64,000 nt of DNA from Dehalococcoidia bacterium. Its GTDB lineage: Bacteria; Chloroflexota; Dehalococcoidia; SHYB01. Numbering within the stretch: position 1 is the first letter of the stretch; every line of letters starts with the position of its first letter. The stretch lies in the NCBI GenBank assembly GCA_965207995.1, contig OZ242299.1:1059533-1123532 (forward strand), written 5' to 3'. The notes under the pieces are model-generated. The model saw nothing but the letters and a program-made list of their open reading frames with translations. It did not search any database and was not told the DNA's origin. This document shows positions 36,115 through 45,078 of this stretch, piece by piece. Both the position numbers and the translations under genes were made by a program.

Positions 36115-36141
36115 GTGGGCCTTGCCGACGGCAAGGCCCAC
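36115..36141 (-). promoter_or_regulatory. perfect 12-bp intercistronic hairpin between the SBP gene and the permease genes
   Basis: gtgggccttgcc-gac-ggcaaggcccac lies in the 156-nt gap after SBP-2. Such a hairpin is typically read as an SBP-mRNA stabiliser or partial terminator. Confidence 0.5.
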
Positions 36142-36219
36142 GTCATCCTCTCATCCTGTTAGCGGTCGGCGCGGGCCGCCCGCTTCTGTGAACGCGCTAT
36201 GGCTGCTTCGCCGACGCTG

Positions 36220-38046
36220 CTACTCCTCGTCCCACGCGATGTCGAACGGTTCGAGGGGCGGCTCGGTGAAGATGCCCCAGCCCAGCGGCAGGTTCAGCAC
36301 CCTGGCGTCCGCGACCATGTTGGAGAGCACCGTCGTGATCGGGATTGTCGGCAGCTCGTCGGCGAGCACCTCTTGGACCTGGCGCATCGCGTCGACCTGC
36401 TCGTTCCCGGCCGTGCTCAAAAACTTCGCCATGTTCTCGTCGAAGACGGGGCTGTTGAGCGTGAAGTTGTTGCTCCAGTAGGTCCCCGTGCCCGGAACGA
36501 TGCGGGCGCTGTTGAAGTAGCCGTTCATGATGAACGGAATCGTCCACATGTTGAGCTGCAGCACGACGTTGTAGCCGCTCCAAGGGTCGTCGACGGGCGC
36601 CTCGTATATCTTGGCGAACGGCGCGATCTCGTCGCCCTGGTCTATCGACACCTCGATGCCGACTTCCTTCCAATAACCGAACACGGCGTCGGCCAGCTCC
36701 GGCGCGGGGAAGGTCGGATAGCCGATGAACTTGAGCTCAAAGCGCGTGCCGTCCGACCCTCTGGCATAACCGGCCTCGTCGAGAAGCTGTTCCGCTCTCG
36801 CCGGGTCGTAGTTGTACCGGCCCATGAAGTCGCCCTGGAACCGCACGCCGTTGGGGCCCGCGTGCGAGATGTGCCCGCCGGCCACCGTTACGGTGTTCAG
36901 GTACAGCTTCTCAACGATGGTGTCCCGGTCGATCGCATGGGCGAGCGCGTGCCGGACGCGCTTGTCGTCCAAGGGCGGGATGTTGTTGTTGAGCCAGAAC
37001 GTGTCCTGGTCGCCGCTCACCGGCGCAAGCTGGATCACCTGGAACCGATCGTCGTCTCGGAAGCGCGCCACGTCTCGCGGCGGCAGGGGCGGGAAGGCCG
37101 GGCTCACGTGAATCTCGCCCCGGTCAAGGGCCGCCACCGTCGCGTCCGCGTCGGGAATGATCCGGTAGATGATCCGGTTGAAGTAAGGCGGGGCGCCTCT
37201 CCACTCCGGGTTGCGGACCAGCGTAACGTGGCTGCCCTGGCTCCACTCCCCGAGCATGTAGGGCCCGGCCACCACCGGGTCATTGTTGGTGGGATGGTTG
37301 GCCATTTCCGTGCCTTCGTAGATGTGCTTCGGCACGATGGGGCCGTACTGCGGCGTCAGGAGACCCCACAACTCTTGCGGGTTGTTCAGGTTCAGGACGA
37401 CCTCGTCGTCCGCCGGAGTCTCGATGCTGGCGACGTTGCTCCAGAAGATGCCGCCGAAGGGGTGGTTGTTGAGCAGCGCGTCCCCGATGCTGAACTCGAC
37501 GTCCGCCGAGGTGACCGGTTGTCCGTCGCTCCAGACCCAGTCGTCGCTGAGCTTGAACGCATAGCGGGTCCGCTCGGCGTTCACTTCCCAAGACTCGGCC
37601 AGCCGCGGGATCGGTTGTCCGTTCGCGTCGGTTGTCACCAAAGAGGTGGCCATGAACATGCCGGGCATGCTGAAGCCTTGCAGCGTGAACGCCCACTGCA
37701 GCGTCGTGGGGTCGGCGGCAAGCCGGATCACCAAGTCCTCTTGCTCAGGCGGTGCGGCGGTCGGAGGAACGGCCGTTGCCGTGGGCGCCGGCATGGCCGT
37801 CGCCGTCGGCGCCGGCATGGCCGTCGCCGTGGCCTTGGGCATCATGGCATCGCCCCCTGCCGGCCCTTCGGGTCCCGCCGGTCCCGACGGGCCTGCCGGT
37901 CCCGCTGGGCCTGCCGGTCCTGCTGGGCCTGCCGGTCCCGCTGGGCCTGCCGGTCCTTGAGCCCCCTCGCAGGCCGTCAAGACGAGAACGATCGCTAGGA
38001 GCATGCCAAATAGAGCAAATACGGGTTTAGTCCTCCGTCTCATCAC
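36220..38046 (-). CDS. ABC transporter substrate-binding lipoprotein (family 5), SBP-2, with collagen-like tether
   Basis: MMRRRTKPVFALFGMLLAIVLVLTAC lipobox, then GAQ(GPA)7GPSGPAGPEGPA, then a PT-rich linker and a family-5 body. Confidence 0.88.
   Translation of the reverse strand: MMRRRTKPVFALFGMLLAIVLVLTACEGAQGPAGPAGPAGPAGPAGPAGPAGPSGPAGPEGPAGGDAMMPKATATAMPAPTATAMPAPTATAVPPTAAPPEQEDLVIRLAADPTTLQWAFTLQGFSMPGMFMATSLVTTDANGQPIPRLAESWEVNAERTRYAFKLSDDWVWSDGQPVTSADVEFSIGDALLNNHPFGGIFWSNVASIETPADDEVVLNLNNPQELWGLLTPQYGPIVPKHIYEGTEMANHPTNNDPVVAGPYMLGEWSQGSHVTLVRNPEWRGAPPYFNRIIYRIIPDADATVAALDRGEIHVSPAFPPLPPRDVARFRDDDRFQVIQLAPVSGDQDTFWLNNNIPPLDDKRVRHALAHAIDRDTIVEKLYLNTVTVAGGHISHAGPNGVRFQGDFMGRYNYDPARAEQLLDEAGYARGSDGTRFELKFIGYPTFPAPELADAVFGYWKEVGIEVSIDQGDEIAPFAKIYEAPVDDPWSGYNVVLQLNMWTIPFIMNGYFNSARIVPGTGTYWSNNFTLNSPVFDENMAKFLSTAGNEQVDAMRQVQEVLADELPTIPITTVLSNMVADARVLNLPLGWGIFTEPPLEPFDIAWDEE
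37858..37965 (-). repeat. coding (Gly-X-Y)12 collagen-like repeat
   Basis: Twelve uninterrupted GXY triplets, read directly from the codons (GGA CCG GCA / GGC CCA GCG alternation). Confidence 0.9.
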
Positions 38047-38091
38047 CGAACTCCTTCCCGGATAGCCGCACCTCGGACGTATTCGAACATT

Positions 38092-39102
38092 CTACGACCC
38101 CTGTAAAGCCGCAATCCGCTTCCAGTGTGGGCAGGCCGCGTAGTGGCTGTCGGTCGTGGGTTCCAACACCGGGTCGTTCGTCGAGCAATCGTCCGCGGCG
38201 TGGGGGCACCGCGTGTGGAAGCGGCAGCCCGCCGGCGGGTTCGTCGACGACGGCACCTCGCCCGTGAGCGAGAGCTTGACGCGCTCCCTCGTCTTCTTCG
38301 GGTCGGCGATGGGATTCACCGAGAGCAGCGCCTGCGTATAGGGGTGCCGGGGCCGGGAGAAGACCTCCTCCTTGGTCCCGATCTCGACGATCCGCCCCAG
38401 GTACATGATGGCGACCCTGGAGGCCATCGTCTGCAGAACGTTCAGGTCGTGCGAGATCAGGACGATGCTGATGCCCAAGTCGCGGTTGAGCTCGCGCAGC
38501 AGCATAAGAATCGCCCCGCGGATCGACATGTCGAGCGAAGCCACGGGCTCGTCGGCCAGCACCAGGCTCGGTTCGAGGGCCAGGGCCCGCGCGATGGCCA
38601 CACGCTGCTTCGAGCCCCCGCTGAGCTCGTAGGGGAACTTGCTCGCGTAGTACTCCGGCGGCGTGAGCTTCACCCTTTCCAGCAGCTCCAGGGCTTGCCG
38701 CCCCTGCTCCTCCGGGCTTCCGATCCTGTGTACCTGGAAGGGCTGCCGCAGCACCGAGCCGATCCGTCGCCGGGGATTCAAGGAGCCCTCGGGGTCTTGG
38801 AAGACCATCTGCACCTGCCGACGGAAGGCCTTCTTGTCTCCTCCCGACAGGCCGTGAATCTCGCGGCCTTTGAACACCACCTCCCCCGACGTGGGGTTCA
38901 CCAGCCCGCAGATCAGGCGGGATAGCGTGCTCTTTCCGCAGCCGCTCTCGCCGGCCACCCCCAAGATCTCGCCGTCCCGGATGTCCAGGCTGACGCCGTC
39001 GACGGCCCGGCTCACCCGCTCGCCGCGCAGCGTGAACCGGCGGAAGTGCTTGTGCACGTCCTTCACCTGAAGCAGGACGCCGTTTTCCGATCCGTCACTC
39101 AT
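38092..39102 (-). CDS. ABC transporter ATP-binding protein (OppF/DppF-like)
   Basis: Start MSDGSENGVLLQVKD at 39102. Walker A GESGCGKST, signature LSGGSKQRV, Walker B LVLADEP. The C-terminal oligopeptide-type extension carries Cys residues. Confidence 0.9.
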   Translation of the reverse strand: MSDGSENGVLLQVKDVHKHFRRFTLRGERVSRAVDGVSLDIRDGEILGVAGESGCGKSTLSRLICGLVNPTSGEVVFKGREIHGLSGGDKKAFRRQVQMVFQDPEGSLNPRRRIGSVLRQPFQVHRIGSPEEQGRQALELLERVKLTPPEYYASKFPYELSGGSKQRVAIARALALEPSLVLADEPVASLDMSIRGAILMLLRELNRDLGISIVLISHDLNVLQTMASRVAIMYLGRIVEIGTKEEVFSRPRHPYTQALLSVNPIADPKKTRERVKLSLTGEVPSSTNPPAGCRFHTRCPHAADDCSTNDPVLEPTTDSHYAACPHWKRIAALQGS

Positions 39103-40054
39103 AGAGCCAGCACTTAACGGAGTGGTTCTCGCCCAGGTCGGTCCGAATCGGCACGTGCTCCCGGCACTTGTCCATCGCCCGCTCACACCGGGGATGGAAG
39201 CGGCACCCCCGGGGAGGCTCGATCATCGAGGGCACCTCGCCGGGGATGAACGGCAGCGCCTCCGAGTCCGACCGCGCCACCTTGGCCGAGTTGATCAGCC
39301 CCTGCGTGTAGGGGTGCTTCGGGGCGTCGAAGATGGTGTAGATGTCCCCCGTCTCCACGATCTCGCCCGCGTACATGACGTAGACCCGGTCGCAGATCTC
39401 CGCGGCCACCCCCAGGTCGTGCGTGATCAGCAGGCAGGAGAACTGCCGCTCCCGCTGTAGACGCTGCAGCAGCTCGATGAGCTGGTCCTGGATCGACACG
39501 TCGACGGCGGTGAACGGCTCGTCGGCGATCAGCACCGACGGGTCGCACCCCAGCGCCATGCCCATGAGCACGCGCTGCTTCATCCCGCCGCTCAACTCAT
39601 GGGGGTAGCTCTCCCCGACGTTGGCCGCGTCTCCCAGCCCCATCGCCTGAAGAATATCGACCGACTGCGCCTCGGCTTCGGCCTTCGACAGCCCCTTATG
39701 CAGGACGAGCGGCTCCGCCACCTGCGACTTGATCTTCATCACTGGGTTCAGATAGGTGAGTGGGTCCTGGAAGACCATCGAGATCCTGCGGCCGCGAATC
39801 CCGTCGAGCTCCTCCTCGTCCAGCGCCAGCAGGTCCTCGCCCTCGAAGAGGACCTTGCCCCCTATCGTCTCCGCCTCCCTCGGAGGCAGCCGAACGATCG
39901 AAAGCGCCGTCATCGACTTGCCGCAGCCCGACTCGCCCACCAGCCCCACGATCTCGCCCTCGTTGACCGTGAGGTTGACGCCGTCGACGGCCTTGAGGAC
40001 GCCTTCCTCAAGGTAGATGTGGGTCTTCAGGTCCTGTATCTCTAGAATTGGCAT
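39095..40054 (-). CDS. ABC transporter ATP-binding protein (OppD/DppD-like)
   Basis: Start MPILEIQDLKTH at 40054. GESGCGKSM, LSGGMKQRV, VLIADEP. Confidence 0.9.
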   Translation of the reverse strand: MPILEIQDLKTHIYLEEGVLKAVDGVNLTVNEGEIVGLVGESGCGKSMTALSIVRLPPREAETIGGKVLFEGEDLLALDEEELDGIRGRRISMVFQDPLTYLNPVMKIKSQVAEPLVLHKGLSKAEAEAQSVDILQAMGLGDAANVGESYPHELSGGMKQRVLMGMALGCDPSVLIADEPFTAVDVSIQDQLIELLQRLQRERQFSCLLITHDLGVAAEICDRVYVMYAGEIVETGDIYTIFDAPKHPYTQGLINSAKVARSDSEALPFIPGEVPSMIEPPRGCRFHPRCERAMDKCREHVPIRTDLGENHSVKCWLYE

Positions 40055-40121
40055 GGCCGGCGCGGTGTCGGGGTTGGGGCTGCAAAGATAGCAGGTTTCT
40101 CCTCCGGCGGGGCCCCGGAGT

Positions 40122-40150
40122 TTGACAGCGGTCATAGTCGCGCCTAGGAT
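40122..40150 (+). promoter_or_regulatory. sigma70-like promoter TTGACA-N17-TAGGAT for the aminotransferase operon
   Basis: Perfect -35 hexamer, 17-nt spacer counted by hand and a TAnnnT -10, ~33 nt before ATG 40183. Confidence 0.5.
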
Positions 40151-40182
40151 TCGGCCACCCCTAGTCGCGAGGGTTTTTCTGT

Positions 40183-41562
40183 ATGCCGGAACCGGACGCC
40201 GCCACGCTGAGAGAGACCGCCAAGGCGCATCTGTGGCCCACGTTTGGGAAGGACCCGTCCTTCTTCGACTCCCCCGCCTCGATCCTCGTCTCGGGTCGGG
40301 GCTCAATGGTCACCGACATCGACGGCGGCCAATACCTCGACGCCACCTCGTCCGCCTTCGCCTCGACGCTGGGCTTCAACCACCCCGTCGTCGTCGAGGC
40401 GATGATCCAAGAGATGTCGAACCTCGTGCAGAACCCGAGCGGTTGGCCCGCTCCCGTCTCTCAGGTGCGGCTGGCGGAAAAGCTGGCGTCGCTCTCCCCC
40501 GGCACGCTTCAGTACACGATGTTCGCCTGCAACGGTACCGACGCCAACGAAACGGCCATCAAGATGGCCCGGCAGTACCACAAGATGATGGGCAACGGGA
40601 GCAAGTTCAAGGTCATCGGCCGCAGCTACAACTACCACGGCATGAGCCTCGCCACTCTCGCCGCCGGCGCGGTGACTCCCCGCCGAAAGTTCTTCGAGCC
40701 GCTGCCCGGCGGCTTCTATCACATCAACCCGCCCTACAGCTACCGCAACAGGTACGGCGACGACTACGAGGCGTCGGCGGAGGGCTACGCCAACGAGCTG
40801 CGCGAGCTCATCGAGCTTGAGGACCCCTCGACCGTCGCCTGCTACATTGGCGAGCAGACCATCACCGCCCGCGGCGTCATTCCGCCGCCCAAGGGCTACA
40901 TGCCGAAGATCCGCGAGATCTGCGACGAATACGACGTCATCCTCATCGTCGACGAGGTCGTCACCGGCATCGGCCGCACCGGCGGCTGGCTTGAGTGCCT
41001 GGAGTACGACTACGTCCCCGACATCGTCACCATGGCCAAGGGCATCACGGCGGGGCACGCCCCCCTCTCGGCGACACACGTCAAGGAGGAGATCGCCACC
41101 ACCTTCTTCGGCTCGCCGGACCGCTACCTCCAGCACGGCTATACCTACGGCGGCATGGCCGTCTCCTGCGCCGCCGGCTTGGCCGCCATGCAGTTCATCG
41201 AGGAAACGGGCCTCTTCGCCACCGTCGAGTCGCGCAACGCGGAAATCACGAGCCGGCTGCGGCCGCTGGCGGACAACAGCCCGGTCATCGGTGACCTCCG
41301 CTCCCACGGCATGCTCTTCGGTCTTGAGCTGGTCAGCGACAAGGAGACCAAAGAGGTCTGGCCGGGGCCCGATCTCGCGGAAATCGCCAAGAAGGTCGCC
41401 GCCGTGGGCAAGGAGCTCGGCGTCATGCTCGCGGCCTATGAGTACGAGGGCAAGATGGTCCTCGTCCTCGCCCCGCCATTGAACGTGACCGACGGCGAGC
41501 TCGACGCCATGATCACGGCGCTCGAAGCCGCGGTCAAAGCCATTGAAGCGGACTTCGCCTAA
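40183..41562 (+). CDS. class III (omega-type) pyridoxal-phosphate aminotransferase
   Basis: LWPTFGK...GSMVTDIDGGQYLD...LIVDEVVTGIGRTGGW...DIVTMAKGITAG (PLP lysine). Confidence 0.88.
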   Translation: MPEPDAATLRETAKAHLWPTFGKDPSFFDSPASILVSGRGSMVTDIDGGQYLDATSSAFASTLGFNHPVVVEAMIQEMSNLVQNPSGWPAPVSQVRLAEKLASLSPGTLQYTMFACNGTDANETAIKMARQYHKMMGNGSKFKVIGRSYNYHGMSLATLAAGAVTPRRKFFEPLPGGFYHINPPYSYRNRYGDDYEASAEGYANELRELIELEDPSTVACYIGEQTITARGVIPPPKGYMPKIREICDEYDVILIVDEVVTGIGRTGGWLECLEYDYVPDIVTMAKGITAGHAPLSATHVKEEIATTFFGSPDRYLQHGYTYGGMAVSCAAGLAAMQFIEETGLFATVESRNAEITSRLRPLADNSPVIGDLRSHGMLFGLELVSDKETKEVWPGPDLAEIAKKVAAVGKELGVMLAAYEYEGKMVLVLAPPLNVTDGELDAMITALEAAVKAIEADFA

Positions 41563-41600
41563 GCCCCCCTGCGGACCGGAACGGTCCAGGCGGTGACGTC

Positions 41601-42587
41601 GTGAAGCAGACGACCCGGTTGCGCCAACTCTTCGAGCGGCCTGAGATCTTTGTCCTCCCCGGCTGCACCAACGCCTTCGAGGCGCAGCTCGTCCAATGGA
41701 TCGGCTACGAGGCCTGCTACATGTCCGGCGCCGGAACCTCCGGCACCCTGGCCGGCCTCCCCGACGCCGGCCTCCTCTCCGGCAGCGAAATGGTGATGAA
41801 CGCCGGGTACATGGCCCAGGCCGTCGACATCCCGTTGGTCTCCGACGCCGACACCGGCTACGGCAACGCTGTCAACGTCCGCCGCACCGTCCACGCCTTC
41901 ATCCGCGCCGGGGTCGCCGGAATCCACATCGAGGACCAGGTTGCCCCGAAGCGCTGCGGCTTCGTCGCCGGGAAACAGGTCATCCCGATGGACGAGGCCG
42001 TCGGCAAGTACCGCGCCGCCGTCGACGCCCGCAACGAGCTCGACGAGGACTTCATCATCATCGCGCGCACCGACGCCCGGGGCGCCGTCGGCGGGACGCT
42101 CGAAGACGCGCTGGCGAGGTCGAAGGCCTACCGGAAGGCCGGCGCCGACATCGCCTATGTCGAGGGCCTGCAGGACATGGCCGAGGTCAGGGAGGCCATC
42201 GCCGAGGTCGGCCCGCCCATCATGTTCACCCTCCTGGCGCTGCAAGATCCGCCGACCCATGAGGAGATGGAGGGTCTTGGCATCGCCTGCGCCTTCTATC
42301 CCGGCCTCGCCCGCCGGATGACCTATCGCATCAACTGGGAGTTCCTCCACGACTTCAAGGACCGCGGCCTCGACGCCCTGCGCGAGTGGGAGTCGTGGGA
42401 GGAGACCCACGCGTGGAAGTACCCCGAGCCGCCCCACCGCTTCGACCTCGCCGGCTTCCCCAAGGTGCGGGAACTCGAGGAGAAGTACATGGCGCCCGAG
42501 GAGCTGGAGAAGTACGCCAAGTCCATCGGCCTCTACACGCCGGGCGAAGCCTCCCGCCCCTGGTCGATGACCGGCAAGAAGTCGTAG
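41601..42587 (+). CDS. isocitrate lyase/PEP mutase superfamily lyase, paralog A
   Basis: GTG start. SDADTGYGNAVNVRRTV..AGVAGIHIEDQVAPKRCGFVAGK..IIARTDAR. Confidence 0.85.
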   Translation: MKQTTRLRQLFERPEIFVLPGCTNAFEAQLVQWIGYEACYMSGAGTSGTLAGLPDAGLLSGSEMVMNAGYMAQAVDIPLVSDADTGYGNAVNVRRTVHAFIRAGVAGIHIEDQVAPKRCGFVAGKQVIPMDEAVGKYRAAVDARNELDEDFIIIARTDARGAVGGTLEDALARSKAYRKAGADIAYVEGLQDMAEVREAIAEVGPPIMFTLLALQDPPTHEEMEGLGIACAFYPGLARRMTYRINWEFLHDFKDRGLDALREWESWEETHAWKYPEPPHRFDLAGFPKVRELEEKYMAPEELEKYAKSIGLYTPGEASRPWSMTGKKS

Positions 42588-42603
42588 ACCGTCGAGCCGC
42601 ATC

Positions 42604-43503
42604 GTGAGAGACGACATCCGCCAGTTCTGGGACCGCACCCTCGCGGAGTTGGCCGCCACGCCCATGGCCGAGGTCGTGGAACCCGTCGAGCAGAGCGGCT
42701 ACATCCTCGAGGGGAACGCCAAGACACTGGTGAACCACCGCGTCACCCTGACGACCCTCGGCGGCGTACCGATTCGCGCGTGGTACACCGTCCCCACCGG
42801 CGACGCTCCCTCCGGCGGCTGGCCGGCCGTCATGGCCATCCCCGGCTACATCGGCGTGATGGTCCTGCCGGTGCACCTCGTGCGCTACGGCTACGCGACC
42901 CTGACCCTCTATCCGAGAGGGCAGGGCGAGAGCCGTGAAGAATGGACGATTCCTGAAGGATCCACTGCGCTCACCTATCAATTGGAGGACAAGGACGCCT
43001 ACTACTACCGCGGCGGCTTCATGGACTGCGTCCGCGGCCTCGACTTCCTCTTCAGCCGCCCCGAACTCAACCCGCGGCGCGTGGGAGTCCTCGGCTCCAG
43101 CCAGGGCGGCGGCATGACCCTTGCCACGGCGTCGCTCGACCGGCGGATCGGGGCCGCCGTCGCCGAGGTTCCCTGGCCCTGCAACTTCCCCGTCGCGGCG
43201 GAACGCGCCTTCTTCCCCTACGACGAGCTCCGCGAATACCTCGAACGCCACCCCGGCCGCAGGGAGCAGATCCTGTCGAACCTGGAGTTCTTCGACCCCA
43301 TGAACCTGGTCGAAGCCATCACCTGCCCGACCGCCGTCGGCCTCGCCCTCCACGACGATTACCACCCCTGCGAAACGTCCATGCCCGTCTTCGAGCGCAT
43401 TCCGCCGACCAAGGCGCTCCACGTCTACGCCGACATTCAGACCATGGACAAGAGCGTCTTCGCCGTCCACACCAAGGACTGGTTCGACCGGTATCTGCGC
43501 TAA
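42604..43503 (+). CDS. acetyl-xylan-esterase/cephalosporin-C-deacetylase (AXE1) family alpha/beta hydrolase
   Basis: FWDRTLAELAATP...IRAWYTVP...GSSQGGGMTLA nucleophile elbow. Confidence 0.8.
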   Translation: MRDDIRQFWDRTLAELAATPMAEVVEPVEQSGYILEGNAKTLVNHRVTLTTLGGVPIRAWYTVPTGDAPSGGWPAVMAIPGYIGVMVLPVHLVRYGYATLTLYPRGQGESREEWTIPEGSTALTYQLEDKDAYYYRGGFMDCVRGLDFLFSRPELNPRRVGVLGSSQGGGMTLATASLDRRIGAAVAEVPWPCNFPVAAERAFFPYDELREYLERHPGRREQILSNLEFFDPMNLVEAITCPTAVGLALHDDYHPCETSMPVFERIPPTKALHVYADIQTMDKSVFAVHTKDWFDRYLR

Positions 43504-43517
43504 GGCAGGAGAGGGCC

Positions 43518-44207
43518 GTGCAAGGCAAATACCCCCGCAGCATCTACATCGTCCTCACCAACCCGCTTCCCGGCAAGGAGGCGGAGTTCAACTACTGGTA
43601 CAACTACGTCCACGCCCCCGACGGCCTGGGCTGGGGCACCTTCGACCGCATCTACCGCTACAAGGCCGTCGAGGAGCGCCCCGAGCGCTTTCTCGCCATC
43701 TGGGAGTCCGACTACACCGATCTGACGGACGGCCTGGCGAAGGCCGACCGCGACACCGAAGACCTCATCGAGCGCGGTCGCCTCTGGCCCGTCTTCGAAC
43801 GGGCATGGTCGCGCCCCTTCGGCTCCATCGGTCCGACCGCGCCGCCGAACGGGAGGGACGTCACCCTCATCACGACCACCCAGATGAGCTGCGTCCCGAA
43901 GCACGCCGAGGCCTTCGCCCGCTGGCACGACGCCGTGCACGTGAACCAGACCCTGCAAGCCGGCTCCTACCACACCGTCTATCGATTCCAGCGGTCCGAC
44001 CAGCCCTCGGCCAATGCGGTGGAGTTTTTCACCGTCTACGAAAGCGACGCCGACCCCACCGCCCTGCCGGAGTCCGCGCACGACTGGTTCGGACCAGTCG
44101 ACGGAGGCCACGTGAAACCGCGCGACACGGGAGGGAGCCTTCCTCAGGACCTCGTCATCCAGGTCGAGCCGCACTGGAAGGCGACCTGGCTCCCCATCTG
44201 GCCCTGA
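43518..44207 (+). CDS. hypothetical protein with two internal ferredoxin-fold-like repeats
   Basis: IYIVLTNPLPGKEAEFNYWYNYVHAPD...FLAIWESD is repeated as ITTTQMSCVPKHAEAFARWHDAVHVNQ...FFTVYESD. Confidence 0.5.
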   Translation: MQGKYPRSIYIVLTNPLPGKEAEFNYWYNYVHAPDGLGWGTFDRIYRYKAVEERPERFLAIWESDYTDLTDGLAKADRDTEDLIERGRLWPVFERAWSRPFGSIGPTAPPNGRDVTLITTTQMSCVPKHAEAFARWHDAVHVNQTLQAGSYHTVYRFQRSDQPSANAVEFFTVYESDADPTALPESAHDWFGPVDGGHVKPRDTGGSLPQDLVIQVEPHWKATWLPIWP

Positions 44208-44211
44208 CGAC

Positions 44212-45060
44212 TTAGGGCTTCAGCGCGTCGTAGCAGGCCCGGCTCAGACTCGAGATCAGCCGCATCGCCACCGTGTGTCCGGGCACGCCTTCCGGCAGCT
44301 CCACCGGCACCTCGTCGGTGTAGGCGGCGAGGATGAACAGCGGCGCGTCGTCGAAGTACACGATGCCCACGTCGTTGAAATTGCGCAGGCTCGTGCTGGT
44401 CCCCGTCTTGTGCGCGACCTTCGTCCGGTAGGGAAGCTGCGCCGGCAGCCGGTCGCGCAGGCGCTGCCAGCTCATGATCTGCAGCGCGTCCCGGCAATCG
44501 TCAGGCGTGCAGCCCAGCGTCTCGGCGGCACTGGCGTCGGTCGTTCCCTGAACGAGCCGGTCGAGCAGCAGAGCCATGTCGTTCGGCGTCGTCGTGTTGA
44601 CGGCCTCGATCGGACGGAAGGTTCCCAGGCCGGGCGTCGGGACGCCGTGGCGGTGCTCCGTGTTCTTCATGCCGATGGACTGGCACAGCGCATTCACCGC
44701 GTCCAGCCCCACCAGGTCGGCCACGATGCCCGTGCACGTGTTGTCGCTGATGATGATCATCAGGATCACGGCGTCCCGCAGCGTGATCAAGAACCCCGGC
44801 TGGAGGAATTGGAAGCAACCCCAGTCCGTCTTCTGGTGCTCGGCGTCGATCTCCACCGGCTGGTCGAGGGAGAGGCGGCCCGCGCGCGCCGCCGCGAAGG
44901 TCGCCGCCATGATCGCGACCTTGCGCGTGCTCGCCGACGGCACGACCACGTCCCCGTGGCGGCTCGCCGTCCGGCCCATCGCGATGCTCTTGACCGACCA
45001 GCCGGTGTGGAACGGCTGCTCGTCGCACAGACGGTTCAGCGTGGCGGCAAGCTCATCCAC
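44212..45060 (-). CDS. class A beta-lactamase-like serine hydrolase without a recognisable signal peptide
   Basis: S-x-x-K (SASTRKV), SDN (IISDNTC) and KTG (HKTGTS) are all present. The N-terminus MDELAATLNRLCDEQ is not a secretion signal. Confidence 0.8.
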   Translation of the reverse strand: MDELAATLNRLCDEQPFHTGWSVKSIAMGRTASRHGDVVVPSASTRKVAIMAATFAAARAGRLSLDQPVEIDAEHQKTDWGCFQFLQPGFLITLRDAVILMIIISDNTCTGIVADLVGLDAVNALCQSIGMKNTEHRHGVPTPGLGTFRPIEAVNTTTPNDMALLLDRLVQGTTDASAAETLGCTPDDCRDALQIMSWQRLRDRLPAQLPYRTKVAHKTGTSTSLRNFNDVGIVYFDDAPLFILAAYTDEVPVELPEGVPGHTVAMRLISSLSRACYDALKP

Positions 45061-45078
45061 GGCAAGGCACAGGGGCTA

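Noticed and set aside
37858-37965. GGNCCNGCN microsatellite as non-coding VNTR or assembly artefact (also 55814..55912)
   Set aside because: Both tracts are in frame within SBP genes, directly after a lipobox Cys. They use mixed synonymous codons and are flanked by the same GGDAM/PT-linker context, which supports genuine coding repeats.
40183-42587. Phosphonate (2-aminoethylphosphonate) biosynthesis cassette: aminotransferase plus PEP mutase
   Set aside because: The ICL/PEPM-family protein has the lyase-type EDQ...KRCG motif with the catalytic Cys, rather than the PEP-mutase EDK...NS pattern as I recall it. No phosphonopyruvate decarboxylase is present.
44212-45060. Antibiotic-resistance beta-lactamase
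   Set aside because: The motifs fit class A, but the missing export signal and the catabolic context make a resistance role doubtful. It is reported as a beta-lactamase-like hydrolase instead.
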